From positions 1 to 32,281 of IMG/VR virus record IMGVR_UViG_3300027777_000091: a stretch of 32,281 nucleotides of DNA, one strand, 5' to 3'. Of this stretch, positions 8,627-16,809 are shown one piece after another. Numbering within the stretch: the first letter of the stretch is position 1; each line of letters begins with the position of its first letter. A program made the translations under genes and the position numbers. The notes under the pieces were generated by a model. It made no database searches. It saw only the letters and a program-made list of their open reading frames with translations, and was not told the DNA's origin. The DNA comes from a virus. Its lineage: Duplodnaviria > Caudoviricetes.

Positions 8627-8985
8627 GCCAAGAAGCGCAGCCGATACAAGGCGCGTAAGTAAATTTCAATAATGTTGTCAATCAACTGCTGCAAAGCCAT
8701 ATCTGTCTTGTCAACAATTTCGTATCGGGCCGATTCAATCTCAGCAAGTTGAGTTTCTAAGAACTCAACAATATTAGTCGTTTTCTTGGCGGTCATTAGT
8801 GTAATCGGACCGATCAACCCATGCCGACCTTGGTACGCTTCGGCAAAATCATCTGCCGCTTCAATAATCAGTTCGTAAAAATGCCCAAGCGCCTTGTGTT
8901 TGCTGTAGCTGCGCGTGTTGAGATGTACGCTATGGGCTACATCTCGCGCCAAGAACAAAAGCCCAACAAAATCCGCGCATTTCAT
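8623..8985 (-). CDS. Ferritin/Dps-like four-helix protein (DUF5856-like)
   Basis: AHSVHLNTRSYSKHKALGHFYE..DDFAEAYQG mirrors the Dps H...H..(F/L)..Y...D..AE pattern; ATGA-coupled to the portal gene. Confidence 0.6.
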   Translation of the reverse strand: MKCADFVGLLFLARDVAHSVHLNTRSYSKHKALGHFYELIIEAADDFAEAYQGRHGLIGPITLMTAKKTTNIVEFLETQLAEIESARYEIVDKTDMALQQLIDNIIEIYLRALYRLRFLA

Positions 8986-11168
8986 GACATCATTCCTTGC
9001 TGTGGTGCGTATTCAACCTGTTCAGGCATCATTTCCATTTGCGTAGGCTGCTCACGCATCTCAGGCATCAGCATACTTTGCGACTCCATAGCCGCAGCCA
9101 CCACGCCCATCGCAATGTCTTGGATCTGTTCTTCGGACATACCAGCCTGAACAGCGGTAATGCGCTTAGTCTCAGCGTCAAACGCCTTGATCTTAGCCTC
9201 AAAATCCTTGCGCTCCATGTCCTGCGCTTCCATTGACTTGCCAACATTTTGCAGCATATTGTGCAATTGATCCAACTCTGCCGCCATCGCTTGCATCTGC
9301 TGCTGCGCTGCTTGCAAAGCCGGATTGTCCTCGGCGTCGCCCATCAATTTGGGGTCAATCGTCTTGGCAAACCGCTTTGCCATCTCCTGCGCCCCAGGCC
9401 AGTCCATATTTTTGACGAATAGGTCACCAGCCACCGCCCACAGTTGCGGATTACCTTGCAGTAGTTGCGCCATCGCCTCAAGAGCCTCTTGGCGCTTGGT
9501 GGCATAGCCTGGACCCGTCGCAACCACTACGTCGTACTTACCGACCGCCGGATTGTAGATCTTGTCGATCACAATCCCTTCTTGGTTCTGGATCTTACGC
9601 ACCGGCTCGGCCTGAGTCGGGTCAATCTTGACCATCTTTGTCTCGCCATCTAATCCAATGATTCTGGCAATACGCTGCGTGTCGTAAATCTTGGGGATTA
9701 GGTCAACCAACTGCCGACCAACGTAGCGAACTGCCCGTGCCAAGTTGTCTTGGTAGTGGTAAGTGCCAACGTCACCCTCACGCTGGCGGGCCAAAATAGC
9801 CCTGCCAGAACGCTCGTTCGATTGTTGCCCAAGTGATGCGTTGTACTGTCCAGTTGCGGACTTGATGTCCTCGGATGCGCCCATTTTGGCTTGAATCAAG
9901 CCAGTTTGGGCCATTGGCGGCAGCGCACGTTGCGGTAACGGTAATACAGCACCCTGACCGTCCGTTACATCTGGATTGACCTCCAAATAAGGCCAATTCT
10001 GCGTGTTTGCAGTCTTCCATTGGGTTTCATACCCCTCAAACTGACCGCCATAACCAATAAACGGGGCTTTTGGAGCCAGCGCCAGCATCTCTGCTTCTTG
10101 GCTAGTCCAGTAGTTGTACATCCGTTGTGCATCTTTGGCGTTACGAACCAGCCCACTAATGTAAATCCGGCCCTCAACCTCGTATTCGTTGCCAATTACC
10201 CGCACAACAGGGATGCAACTACCGGCCCATTCCTGCTCTTCAAGGATTTCGTAGCCATTAATCTTGCACCACTTGATCTTCTTGCGATCCGCTTGGCGTG
10301 ATTTCTTTGGTTTGCCGTAAACCGCACGTAATTCTTTGTCTTCCGGCGTTCCTTGAAACGCAGTCACGTTGCCGGGGTACAAATTCAGCGTCTGCTTGTC
10401 GTATTCAATATAAAAATACTCAGCAATACGGATCGTATCCGTATTTAGCCATTGGCTTAAATTTTGATCCCCAATACCTAGCGTTTCCAGCGTAGACAAT
10501 GGCGACGCATTCGGGAAAAGCCGGTGATATTCCTCTTGGCTCAAGTCCTCGGTGATAAAACACCACTTTGCATCTGAGCCGCATGGGTCTTGAATCAGCG
10601 GGTCCATGTAAACGCTGAAACTATTGCGTACCCGAGCTATTTTAATATCTTGGTCAAACGTATTGTCATCACAATACTCGGTCAAAACTCGGATGTAACC
10701 CTCGCCATACGCAACCTGGTTCTCACAGGCAGTATCGTAGGCCACATCTGCATCCGAGATGTACTCGATATGCCGAATCATGCCGTTGAAAATCTCGGCA
10801 ACCTCAACGTCTGCGTTATCATCAACCGGAATAACCTTCACGCTAGGCCGGTTCTGGCGCTGATCATTGGTGATCTGATGTACGTGCTGCGGCAGCTTAT
10901 TTATGGTCAAGCATGGCCGCGCATTAATCGTCTGTCCCTGCACCGCACCACGGGTCGCCAGCACATCTGCGGGCCACTGCCACTGGTTATCAGGACTGCC
11001 AGCGTAGAACCGCAGGTCGTCTAGCTCATCCTCTCGACTTTCCGAGTACGCCGAGATTGCCATTGACAGGCGATCCCGCGCTGTTGACAGCACATCCGAG
11101 TCGCTCTTGAGTGGCTTACCACCCAAAGCGACGTTGCCAACAGCGTTAATTCCGGTGTAGTCAGACAT
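8982..11168 (-). CDS. Portal protein, P22-like
   Basis: 728 aa; DDLRFYAG..QW, RPCLTINKL, GLVRNAKDAQRMYNY, SGRAILARQREG and GKYDVVVATGPGYATKRQEA motifs; Gln-rich C-terminal barrel helix. Confidence 0.93.
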   Translation of the reverse strand: MSDYTGINAVGNVALGGKPLKSDSDVLSTARDRLSMAISAYSESREDELDDLRFYAGSPDNQWQWPADVLATRGAVQGQTINARPCLTINKLPQHVHQITNDQRQNRPSVKVIPVDDNADVEVAEIFNGMIRHIEYISDADVAYDTACENQVAYGEGYIRVLTEYCDDNTFDQDIKIARVRNSFSVYMDPLIQDPCGSDAKWCFITEDLSQEEYHRLFPNASPLSTLETLGIGDQNLSQWLNTDTIRIAEYFYIEYDKQTLNLYPGNVTAFQGTPEDKELRAVYGKPKKSRQADRKKIKWCKINGYEILEEQEWAGSCIPVVRVIGNEYEVEGRIYISGLVRNAKDAQRMYNYWTSQEAEMLALAPKAPFIGYGGQFEGYETQWKTANTQNWPYLEVNPDVTDGQGAVLPLPQRALPPMAQTGLIQAKMGASEDIKSATGQYNASLGQQSNERSGRAILARQREGDVGTYHYQDNLARAVRYVGRQLVDLIPKIYDTQRIARIIGLDGETKMVKIDPTQAEPVRKIQNQEGIVIDKIYNPAVGKYDVVVATGPGYATKRQEALEAMAQLLQGNPQLWAVAGDLFVKNMDWPGAQEMAKRFAKTIDPKLMGDAEDNPALQAAQQQMQAMAAELDQLHNMLQNVGKSMEAQDMERKDFEAKIKAFDAETKRITAVQAGMSEEQIQDIAMGVVAAAMESQSMLMPEMREQPTQMEMMPEQVEYAPQQGMMS

Positions 11169-11210
11169 CTCTGCTTAAACCAATTAAGACCAAGGGATGA
11201 GAGTCAGACA

Positions 11211-11468
11211 TCAACACTTCCAGCGTTTAAGTGAAGCCTTAGCCCGCTCTGCATCGCCTTTGGCGTGGGCTACAACCCCTTCCATTCTAGCGCAAAAGCT
11301 AGACTTCCTACCCTTATCCGCTTCCGTCTTTGGATTGGGCGCTGGCGCTTTTAAGTTACTACCAGTCTCACGATTGTATTTCTCGCGCCCCTTCTCGGTC
11401 AGACCTGCGCCTTTGCTAACCGGCAACTTCTCGCTGCGCCCGACCGATAGCGACACGCCTTTCTTCAT
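11211..11468 (-). CDS. Small basic phage protein (DUF6321-like)
   Basis: GAGLTEKGREKYNRETGSNLKAP...RKSSFCARM...SLKRWKC motif. Confidence 0.7.
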   Translation of the reverse strand: MKKGVSLSVGRSEKLPVSKGAGLTEKGREKYNRETGSNLKAPAPNPKTEADKGRKSSFCARMEGVVAHAKGDAERAKASLKRWKC

Positions 11469-11614
11469 TTCTTCTTTGCAGTCTTCGCAGACTCTTTGAA
11501 GTCTTTGGCCGTTGGTGCATTCTTGCTGCCAACCTTATTCATCTTCTCGCCAGAACCAGCCTTAATACGTTCCTGCTTCGCATGAATATTGGCGTATAAG
11601 CCAGTCTTACTCAT
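11465..11614 (-). CDS. 49-aa Lys-rich protein (absent from the ORF track)
   Basis: MSKTGLYANIHAKQERIKAGSGEKMNKVGSKNAPTAKDFKESAKTAKKK; ATGA overlaps at both ends. Confidence 0.8.
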   Translation of the reverse strand: MSKTGLYANIHAKQERIKAGSGEKMNKVGSKNAPTAKDFKESAKTAKKK

Positions 11615-11742
11615 TTCTTCTTCGCCGCTTCACGCTTGGTAGCATATGCAATTGCAACTGCTTGCTTGACCGGCTTACCGGCCTTTACTTCAGTCTTGAT
11701 GTTTTCTTTGAACGCTTTAGGAGAAGCAGACTTTTTAAGCAT
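11611..11742 (-). CDS. 43-aa Lys-rich protein with KQAVAIA motif (absent from the ORF track)
   Basis: MLKKSASPKAFKENIKTEVKAGKPVKQAVAIAYATKREAAKKK; starts immediately after the terL stop. Confidence 0.8.
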   Translation of the reverse strand: MLKKSASPKAFKENIKTEVKAGKPVKQAVAIAYATKREAAKKK

Positions 11743-13266
11743 TTATGATCCCATCCAAGATCCAGACATTGTAGACCCACTAGACTTTAACGTCCTAGGT
11801 GGCTCTTTGTATTCTCGATGCGCCACAGGGTAAGCGAACGTCACGGCTAGTGCATCAGCCGCATCGGGACTCGCTAAACCCCTAGACTTCATCTCCTTCT
11901 TTCCCTCAAGGAAGATCGTTCCCGCCGAGTTGGGCTTTTTCATCGGGCCAACCAGATCGGCCTTTAATTGCCGATCCTTCGGAATGCTCGCAGACCGCAA
12001 CCAGTCACGCATAGCACCCCACATCTCTGCCCGTTTATTTCCCCACATCACCGGGTTTTTAGCCTTCCAGCCAAAATTGACCCCTCGCACCTTATACCTT
12101 TGCTCAACCAATCGGTCAAGTATCCCATACCCCAAACCACCCTCATCAATTACCGTCAACGTTGGCTTGTATTCCTCAATCGCGTCAATCACATTGCCAA
12201 CCGTTGTCATCGTATCGTCGCCCCGAAACCGCTTTATCGCAACAATGTCGCGGCCCTGCCTAACCACAATCACCGTTGAATCCAAACCTCCTCGAGCCGG
12301 ATCAACCCCAATAACAATCGGCGCGGTCTGATCCTTGTATTTTTCCCTCTCCATGGCATCGTCCACCAAACCTGGCCCAATAAATTGGTCATCCCCACTA
12401 GCCGGAAACTCTCCGTACACCTCCACCCGCGCTTGAGGCGAATCCTCCCCATACTCGGCAATGATCTGCTCATACGTATTCTTATCCGTCCCCTCAACCT
12501 CCCTGGCATCAATCTGCCGGCCCTTCCAAAAATCCCGCTTGCCATGAAATGTCTCAAAGAAATACCCACTATTTCTCCTCGGATTACTAAACGCAAACCA
12601 ATACCTGTCTAGGATATTCTCGGTAAAGAACCCCGCACCCACCGCCCAGATCGGGTCTGGTATCCCGCTCGCCTCGTCAAAGATCAACATCATCCCGTCA
12701 TGGTTGTGAACCCCGGCATAGGCGTCTGGGTTTTCTTCGCTCCACAACTTGCCCTCTGCCGCCCAGTAGCGCGTCCCCTTTTTTAGATCACGCTCAACCA
12801 GTTCCGTTAACCACTGCGCCGGCACAATCTTCGTCGCGCTGATCTCCCACCAGTAGCTGTTGATAATCATCGCCTGCCACTTGGTCAACTCGCCCCAGGT
12901 CACCGAGCGTAGCTGGCTCTCGCTGTTGGCGCTCACGATCACCGTTGAGCCGATCCGGGTAGAGAGCATCCACAGAATCAACCAACTCACCAGCGCGGAC
13001 TTGCCAATACCCCGGCCACTAGACACCGCCTCACGCAGCGTCTCCATGTCAACCTTGCCCTGGTTGTCCTTAATGTGCTTGGCAATATCCCTCAAAATCT
13101 CCCGCTGCCACTTCCTCGGCCCGCTGAACTTAGCCAACGGCGTGTTTGCCTGACCCCACGGGAACGCAAACAAGACGAACGCCTCCGGGTTATCAGCAAT
13201 CGTTGGCGACCATAACTTGGTCATCAAAATCTGTTCGTCTTCGGCGCTATAACGAGTTTTTTGCAT
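11743..13266 (-). CDS. terL: Terminase large subunit
   Basis: Walker A SGRGIGKS, Walker B LIFDEASG, motif III FSNP, nuclease motifs GVDPARGGLD and SPDAADALA. Confidence 0.95.
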   Translation of the reverse strand: MQKTRYSAEDEQILMTKLWSPTIADNPEAFVLFAFPWGQANTPLAKFSGPRKWQREILRDIAKHIKDNQGKVDMETLREAVSSGRGIGKSALVSWLILWMLSTRIGSTVIVSANSESQLRSVTWGELTKWQAMIINSYWWEISATKIVPAQWLTELVERDLKKGTRYWAAEGKLWSEENPDAYAGVHNHDGMMLIFDEASGIPDPIWAVGAGFFTENILDRYWFAFSNPRRNSGYFFETFHGKRDFWKGRQIDAREVEGTDKNTYEQIIAEYGEDSPQARVEVYGEFPASGDDQFIGPGLVDDAMEREKYKDQTAPIVIGVDPARGGLDSTVIVVRQGRDIVAIKRFRGDDTMTTVGNVIDAIEEYKPTLTVIDEGGLGYGILDRLVEQRYKVRGVNFGWKAKNPVMWGNKRAEMWGAMRDWLRSASIPKDRQLKADLVGPMKKPNSAGTIFLEGKKEMKSRGLASPDAADALAVTFAYPVAHREYKEPPRTLKSSGSTMSGSWMGS

Positions 13267-13480
13267 TTTTCAAAAAATAAAAAAAATTCTTGTGGGGCCC
13301 CACCGTTACCGTGACCGGTCGCCCGCCGGCCCTCCCCGCCCCCTCGCGGCGCTAGGGGAAAACCCTCGGTCGGACCCTCGGGGCTTGAATTTTGGCCGTT
13401 AAACCGTTGATTTCATTGGATTTTTGCCGTCAGCGTTGCGACTCATCGGAATGATGGCGGAGGATATGTCCGCCATCGAC
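13267..13480. other. terS-terL intergenic region; candidate packaging initiation (pac) region
   Basis: A-tract 13272-13286, palindrome GTGGGGCCCCAC 13292-13303, C-runs 13322-13343, IHF-consensus match TAAACCGTTGATT 13400-13412. Confidence 0.45.
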
Positions 13481-14017
13481 CTAGGATTCATGCGGGTTTG
13501 CGGGATGTTTCGCGTCAATACATACCTTCTCACTTACCGTAACCGCATCCGTAACAAGCGTAACAGGCTCTGTTACGGTCAGTAACGGCGCATCCACCTC
13601 CACGATCTCAGCCTCAATCAGCCGAGCCTGCGCCTGGGCGAGCGCGTCGGTGATGGAGATGTTGCCGCTCAGCTCGATCTGGCGCGGCGCTTCAGTCCAG
13701 CGCATCTGCGTCTTAGTCCACCAGATTAGCGAAGCCACGTCGCCTGCCATTGCCTTCTGGAACAGCGTCTGCCCGATGCCAGCACTAGCTTTAGCCCTGC
13801 CGCGCTCAAGCTCGGTCATGAAGTACTTACGCAGCGTGGTCGTGTTTATGCCATCGCCAATCAGCGGGGCGATGTGATGCTCGGCCACTCCCCAGTTCGC
13901 CAGCTTCTCGACCATCTCTCGATCCTTGTCATTCGGCTCAAACGGATTCCGACCTGCGTTTGGGCGAGCGCCTCCATTCTTCTTCTTTTCTTGATTTGGA
14001 ATTTCACTTTTCGCCAT
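13481..14017 (-). CDS. terS: Terminase small subunit
   Basis: GGARPNAGR N-terminal motif, HTH (VEKLANWGVAEHHIAPLIG..TTLRKYF..EL), LFQKAMAGDVASLIWWTKTQMRW; directly upstream of terL. Confidence 0.8.
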   Translation of the reverse strand: MAKSEIPNQEKKKNGGARPNAGRNPFEPNDKDREMVEKLANWGVAEHHIAPLIGDGINTTTLRKYFMTELERGRAKASAGIGQTLFQKAMAGDVASLIWWTKTQMRWTEAPRQIELSGNISITDALAQAQARLIEAEIVEVDAPLLTVTEPVTLVTDAVTVSEKVCIDAKHPANPHES

Positions 14018-14049
14018 TTCCCGATTTTCCCCTCAAGGTGAAACCTTTG

Positions 14050-14182
14050 CGTAACGTAACGCTCCGCATCGTACCGTAACACCGTAACACCCTAAAGGGT
14101 GTGTTACGTTACGTTACGGTAAACTCGCCTTTGCCGCCGTAACAATGTTACGGCATATTACGGCTTGTTACGGTTGTTACGG
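14050..14182. repeat. CGTAAC/GTTACG iteron-like array with dyad symmetry; candidate replication origin
   Basis: About 12 copies arranged around ACACCCT-AA-AGGGTGT (14087-14102) and GCCGTAACA-A-TGTTACGGC (14136-14154), immediately downstream of the primase-helicase gene. Confidence 0.7.
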
Positions 14183-16078
14183 ACTAACTTTTAGAACGAG
14201 TTTAGATCCCAAGACTGTATCTTTAACCAGCCATCCTTTATCGTGCTTGCCTATAATTTCAGCATCTGTAAGGTCCCTGATAATCATCCCCGGTCTGGCT
14301 GAAGACTTGAGGTGCTGATTGACGGAGTTGGCTTTGATGCCCTGCTCAAGAAAAAACGTCTTAAACGCCTCCCGGCTGATATATGGCATCTGATCCATAA
14401 TTTCCGCACCACCAACAAACCAAGCGCGTTCCAGATTGGTTTTGTGTTCTGCCAACTTGTCATCCTTTGGTTGTGGGATACGAAGATCGCCCTCGGCAAA
14501 CATCTCGAATACCGCCCCAGGCAGCGGCATCCCATCTTCGTCCTGCCAACCTAGATCTACTGGGCTGAGACATCCAAACAGGTCTGCTGGCTCTGGCGCA
14601 TCCTTTTGTTTGGTGCAGCTAACGATAATCTCGTGACTCTTACCGTGAACCAGAATGCTCGCGTCCAATGCCCCGCGCCACGCGCTAGAACCTCGCGCAC
14701 GCTGCTTGGCTTCGTTGCTGTGACCAAGGTGGTGGATCAGCATTGTTGTGGCGCTGAGAGCCATTGAGACCACGTTACAGGCATTGATCATGGCGCGTGA
14801 GTCTTTGGCGCTGTTCTCATCCCCTGACATATGGTTGTTAAGGGTGTCGATGTTAACTAGCGCCACTGGTTCTGAGGTCAACGCCCGGACTGCGGCGATC
14901 ACCTGCGTTGCAGCGCCTGGTCCATCCATGTCAATGGCCTTGTTGCTGATTAGCAAGTTGTCCAAACTGTTTACGTTGTTCCGCTTGCACCAGCTCGCAA
15001 TACGCTGGCGCATCCCGTAGTTCCCCTCACCGGCCAGATACACCACAATCCCAGGTTTGGTACGGATGCCGTGCCAGTCAATACCGCTGGCGATACAACA
15101 GGCCATATCTAGTGCAACGAAGGTCTTACCCACGCCTGACTCGCCATACATCATTGTTGTGGAGTATGCGGGAAGCCAACCCTTCACAATCCACGGCACG
15201 GGGCTTGGTTGGCCCAAGAAGCTCGTTGCGCGGGTTAGGAAGTAGTCACGTGTCGGTGACTCGGACAAAAGCGCGTCTGCGGCCTCTGAGCCGATTGCAC
15301 TACTTGCGGCAACATCTGCGTCTGGTTCGTAGCGTGAGACAGAGCGTGCAATCTGCTTGATCTCGCTGCTTGGTAATGGAATCTCGCATCGTGTCTCATT
15401 TGCAACACTGATCGCGGCCAGAATCTCTGCTTCGGTCATCCCAAACGAGCGCATAGCACCGGCCAAGCTCGTCAGGCCGTCGTTACGGTTGCCTTGGATT
15501 AGATCCCCGTTAGTGGTTGGCACTACCTTACGCTGGCCGAGCATCGGCAACCAATGGACTGGTATCACACTTGGTGCTACAACGTCTAACGGATCGCTAG
15601 ACGCCTCCCATTCGTAGGCGCGGTGCTCGATTGTGGACGGGTAAACAATGAAGTAGCGGCCATCGGCCAGCAGGTCTATCCCGTCGGCCAGCTTGCAGGA
15701 TCGAATGCCATCCACGTGCTTGGCGACGTAGTGCTGCCCGCCGCCTGCGGTAAGCGCCATAGCACCGTCTGGCATTGGGCCGTGATCCGATAGCCATTGC
15801 TGCCAACTAGCATCGCCTCCGTTGCGCGGGTCAATGTCAAACACCACGATCCCGCTGGTGCTGCCGCAAGCGATGCCTACGTTCAAGTTCGGATTCTGCC
15901 CCCACCAACGCTTAATTTGCTCTGGGTCTGTGGTTGCGTCATTGACCCCGTGGGCGGTTGCAGGAACCTTGCCATTCGGCACCACTGGCAACACTCGCCA
16001 GCCCCATGAGGCGTAAGTCAGGGCGGCTTCAATCTTGCTCTCTGCTCCATTGCCTTGCGTTGGTTCAGTCTTGTTCAT
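14177..16078 (-). CDS. Bifunctional primase-polymerase + PriCT + AAA_25/RepA-like helicase
   Basis: Prim-Pol motifs ALTYASWGWRVLPV..GKVP, NVGIACG, VVFDIDPRNGG, TAGGGQH; PriCT GNRNDGLTSLAG; Walker A GESGVGKT and VNIDTL, HHLG, RGSSAW. Start set at ATG 16078 because the longer ORF overlaps cro. Confidence 0.9.
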   Translation of the reverse strand: MNKTEPTQGNGAESKIEAALTYASWGWRVLPVVPNGKVPATAHGVNDATTDPEQIKRWWGQNPNLNVGIACGSTSGIVVFDIDPRNGGDASWQQWLSDHGPMPDGAMALTAGGGQHYVAKHVDGIRSCKLADGIDLLADGRYFIVYPSTIEHRAYEWEASSDPLDVVAPSVIPVHWLPMLGQRKVVPTTNGDLIQGNRNDGLTSLAGAMRSFGMTEAEILAAISVANETRCEIPLPSSEIKQIARSVSRYEPDADVAASSAIGSEAADALLSESPTRDYFLTRATSFLGQPSPVPWIVKGWLPAYSTTMMYGESGVGKTFVALDMACCIASGIDWHGIRTKPGIVVYLAGEGNYGMRQRIASWCKRNNVNSLDNLLISNKAIDMDGPGAATQVIAAVRALTSEPVALVNIDTLNNHMSGDENSAKDSRAMINACNVVSMALSATTMLIHHLGHSNEAKQRARGSSAWRGALDASILVHGKSHEIIVSCTKQKDAPEPADLFGCLSPVDLGWQDEDGMPLPGAVFEMFAEGDLRIPQPKDDKLAEHKTNLERAWFVGGAEIMDQMPYISREAFKTFFLEQGIKANSVNQHLKSSARPGMIIRDLTDAEIIGKHDKGWLVKDTVLGSKLVLKVSP

Positions 16079-16238
16079 GGTCTGCACGTAATCTGCCCTC
16101 AGTCTTAACTTCGATCTCATATTGACGGGCCATCGGGGGGCGGTCACCCCATCTGTATATAACTTGGGGCCATATTCCAAGCGCATCGGCGAGCTTTTTC
16201 AGCCCGCCAAAGTGCTTGATCGCTTCCTCTGTTGTCAC
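16065..16238 (-). CDS. Cro-like HTH transcriptional regulator (57 aa)
   Basis: GTG start with AAGGTG RBS; TTEEAIKHFGGLKKLADALGIWPQVIYRWGDRPPMARQYEIEVKTEGRLRAD is a classic N15/P22-type Cro pattern. Confidence 0.85.
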   Translation of the reverse strand: MTTEEAIKHFGGLKKLADALGIWPQVIYRWGDRPPMARQYEIEVKTEGRLRADHEQD

Positions 16239-16265
16239 TTTTTCACCTTGGGTTGAAACTCTCTG

Positions 16266-16294
16266 TTGACACTCTACGTGGAAACCGATACAGT
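16266..16294 (+). promoter_or_regulatory. sigma70 promoter for the rightward early operon
   Basis: TTGACA (16266-71), 17-nt spacer, TACAGT (16289-94). Confidence 0.7.
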
Positions 16295-16299
16295 AGCAA
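16271..16299 (-). promoter_or_regulatory. sigma70-like promoter for the cro/primase operon
   Basis: Minus strand TTGCTA (16299-94), 17-nt spacer, TAGAGT (16276-71). Confidence 0.55.
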
Positions 16300-16354
16300 C
16301 AACTGCACGAACCGATGGCCGGACGGTGCAGCAACAACCAAGGATAGTGATGTT

Positions 16355-16636
16355 ATGAAATTCGTCAACGAAGAACTTCAGGCCTGCTACGAAGCAAAGG
16401 ATTGGACCGGCTTGATGAAGGAGGCCGACAAGATCTCCTACCAAGGCAAACTTCCCGCGACCAGCGAAGGGGGAGTGAAACTTTTCCCTAACGGAAAGTT
16501 GTTGATAACCGAAGGGGAAACCTTTCGGTCGATTGACACGCTCACCTTTGGTGGGCAGGTCAACGGCCATTGCAAGGTGGTGGCGAATAATCCTCGCCGT
16601 GGTCTGTACAACGCCGCTATTTTACTTAAGGAGTAA
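16355..16636 (+). CDS. Hypothetical early protein (93 aa)
   Basis: ATG 16355 after AAGGA; first gene downstream of the early promoter. Confidence 0.6.
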   Translation: MKFVNEELQACYEAKDWTGLMKEADKISYQGKLPATSEGGVKLFPNGKLLITEGETFRSIDTLTFGGQVNGHCKVVANNPRRGLYNAAILLKE

Positions 16637-16638
16637 CC

Positions 16639-16809
16639 ATGAAGGTAGTTTTTACCAGGCAAGAGGTAGAGGAAATTATTTTTGTTCATGTTCATCGTGA
16701 GTTTCACGAGGAATTCAACACGATTGACTTTTGCGAACATAGCGAAGACGAGTACGTTACGGTCTTTTACTCAAATAAAAGAGAAAAGGAGAAAGGAAGC
16801 AATGAATAA
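16639..16809 (+). CDS. 56-aa acidic hypothetical protein (absent from the ORF track)
   Basis: AAGGAG RBS; MKVVFTRQEVEEIIFVHVHREFHEEFNTIDFCEHSEDEYVTVFYSNKREKEKGSNE. Confidence 0.7.
   Translation: MKVVFTRQEVEEIIFVHVHREFHEEFNTIDFCEHSEDEYVTVFYSNKREKEKGSNE

Noticed and set aside
14050-14182. CRISPR array
   Set aside because: The repeats are 5-7 bp, in both orientations, with no 25-45 bp repeat/spacer periodicity.
16079-16337. N-terminal extensions of the primase (to 16186) and Cro (to 16337) given by the ORF track
   Set aside because: They overlap the cro gene or the promoter region; better RBS-supported or coupled starts lie at 16078 and 16238.
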